Source of the DNA: a virus | Lineage: Duplodnaviria > Caudoviricetes | Strand: one strand, 5' to 3' | Length of the DNA: 55,760 nt | Virus record (IMG/VR): IMGVR_UViG_3300048538_000042 | Span: 1-55,760 of that record | Shown: one piece after another, positions 54,731-55,760 of the stretch | Layout: each line of letters opens with the position of its first letter | Numbering within the stretch: the stretch's first letter is position 1 | Program-made: the position numbers and the translations under genes | Notes under the pieces: generated by a model | The model's input: the letters and a program-made list of their open reading frames with translations, nothing else | The model's database searches: none | Told to the model about the DNA's origin: nothing

Positions 54731-55760
54731 GAGCCGTTCATCAAGTCCTCAGAAGGCAATACCGCGGCCCCCGTACCTTGCAACTCGGCCAGTTCTCGTA
54801 ACCGCGCAAGATCCAAATTCGTGCCAATGTAAGGATTTCCGTATCTCAAACCTCCTGTGGGCGATAAATAACTCGTAGGTTCATTAAATACCGGAGCCGC
54901 AGGAGTCTGATCAACACCAGGTTGTGGCCTGTAGAAAGAATACAACCCAGTTTGCTGTGGCTGGTAATACGGAGCAACCACAGGGCGCATCCTTCCTCCC
55001 GCACCAAGATCCGCAATGCCAGAAGTATACCCAGGTTGAGTCTCACCAACAGGATCAGTAGTAGGATCGCCGTCACTATCCGGAGGGGTATAAGAAGTCG
55101 GAGCCGCTACTGCGGGTTGTGGTTGACCTACTGCGGGTTGTGGTTGAACTTCTCCGTCGACTATATCATCATACTCTATGACATACTTCGCATCAACTGC
55201 TGCTTGTGTTCCTGTGGCCTGTGGCGTGGAGGTCGCCTTTACCGTAGGATCTACCGTAGGATCTACCGTAGGATCTACCGTAGGATCTACCGTAGGATCT
55301 ACCGTAGTAGTAGTCGTTCCGTCTACCGCAGCATTCACGTTAACTGTAACGCCACTATTGGTTACAACAGCCGTGTTGTTAACCGCCACATTGTCCGTAG
55401 TAGTTTCACCCGTAACATTGTTTTTCGTGGTAATCGTAGCGTTTCCTTGTGAATCTGTAGCCGTCGTAATCGTTACATTTCCGTCACTCGAGTTTGTAAC
55501 CGTCGAGTCGTTGTTGGCCGTGATCGTCGTGTTGGCGTCCCCAGTAACGCCAGTCCCAGTAACGCCAGTCCCAGTAACGCCAGTCCCAGTAACGCCAGTC
55601 CCAGTAACGCCAGTCCCAGTAACGCCAGTCCCAGTAACGCCAGTCCCAGTAACGCCAGTTGCTATGGTTCCTATACCTCCTGTGCCTCCTGTGCCTCCTG
55701 TGCCTCCTGTGCCTCCTGTGCCTCCTGTGCCTCCTGTGCCTGTTCCGACAACTTCACTTA
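54727..55760 (-). CDS. 3' part of the giant join-spanning protein (low-complexity Thr/Gly/Pro tail)
   Basis: Frame of 54727..55389 stays open to the window end (SEVVGTGTGG...); its stop overlaps the terL ATG. Confidence 0.85.
   Translation of the reverse strand, partial: SEVVGTGTGGTGGTGGTGGTGGTGGTGGIGTIATGVTGTGVTGTGVTGTGVTGTGVTGTGVTGTGVTGTGVTGDANTTITANNDSTVTNSSDGNVTITTATDSQGNATITTKNNVTGETTTDNVAVNNTAVVTNSGVTVNVNAAVDGTTTTTVDPTVDPTVDPTVDPTVDPTVKATSTPQATGTQAAVDAKYVIEYDDIVDGEVQPQPAVGQPQPAVAAPTSYTPPDSDGDPTTDPVGETQPGYTSGIADLGAGGRMRPVVAPYYQPQQTGLYSFYRPQPGVDQTPAAPVFNEPTSYLSPTGGLRYGNPYIGTNLDLARLRELAELQGTGAAVLPSEDLMNGS
55240..55307 (-). repeat. 12-bp tandem repeat x5.7 (TVDP)
   Basis: TACCGTAGGATC x5 plus a partial copy. 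Confidence 0.95.
55541..55760. repeat. 15-mer x7.8 and 9-mer x7; includes terminal overlap copy 2 (55598-55760)
   Basis: GTCCCAGTAACGCCA 55553-55657; CCTCCTGTG 55676-55738. Confidence 0.95.

Noticed and set aside
20949-54878. Numerous plus-strand ORFs across the structural arm
   Set aside because: Antisense shadows of tightly coupled minus-strand genes
55541-55738. Tandem repeats as a CRISPR array
   Set aside because: No spacers, unit lengths are multiples of three and in frame within a gene, and no cas genes are present

Overview
The window looks like a complete, circularly assembled ~55.6-kb tailed dsDNA phage genome of podovirus type; bases 1-145 recur at 55598-55760. Layout: (i) a ~1375-aa minus-strand ORF that crosses the contig join and abuts terL; (ii) a ~900-bp non-coding control region (3620-4530) with divergent promoters, a GC-rich multi-stem RNA-like element and a ~170-nt rod hairpin with a central bubble; (iii) small early genes interrupted by a minus-strand terS plus nuclease pair and an iteron-rich putative replication origin (~7310-7550), where strand composition flips; (iv) a replication module (SNF2 helicase, SSB-like protein, AEP primase, UvrD helicase, family A DNA polymerase with Leu at position 762); (v) a long minus-strand morphogenesis arm (terL, portal, holin, M15 endolysin, GroES, scaffold, major capsid, adaptors, fibres, ejection proteins). 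I found no integrase, RNA polymerase, reverse transcriptase, tRNA or CRISPR array. Gene content recalls marine alphaproteobacterial phages of the HTVC023P/roseophage kind; that is inference from remembered families, not a search. The most interesting unexplained signals are the structured ncRNA region, the 6S-like rod, the iteron origin, and a shared aromatic/Met-x-x-G-G-x-V/I motif in about nine late proteins.
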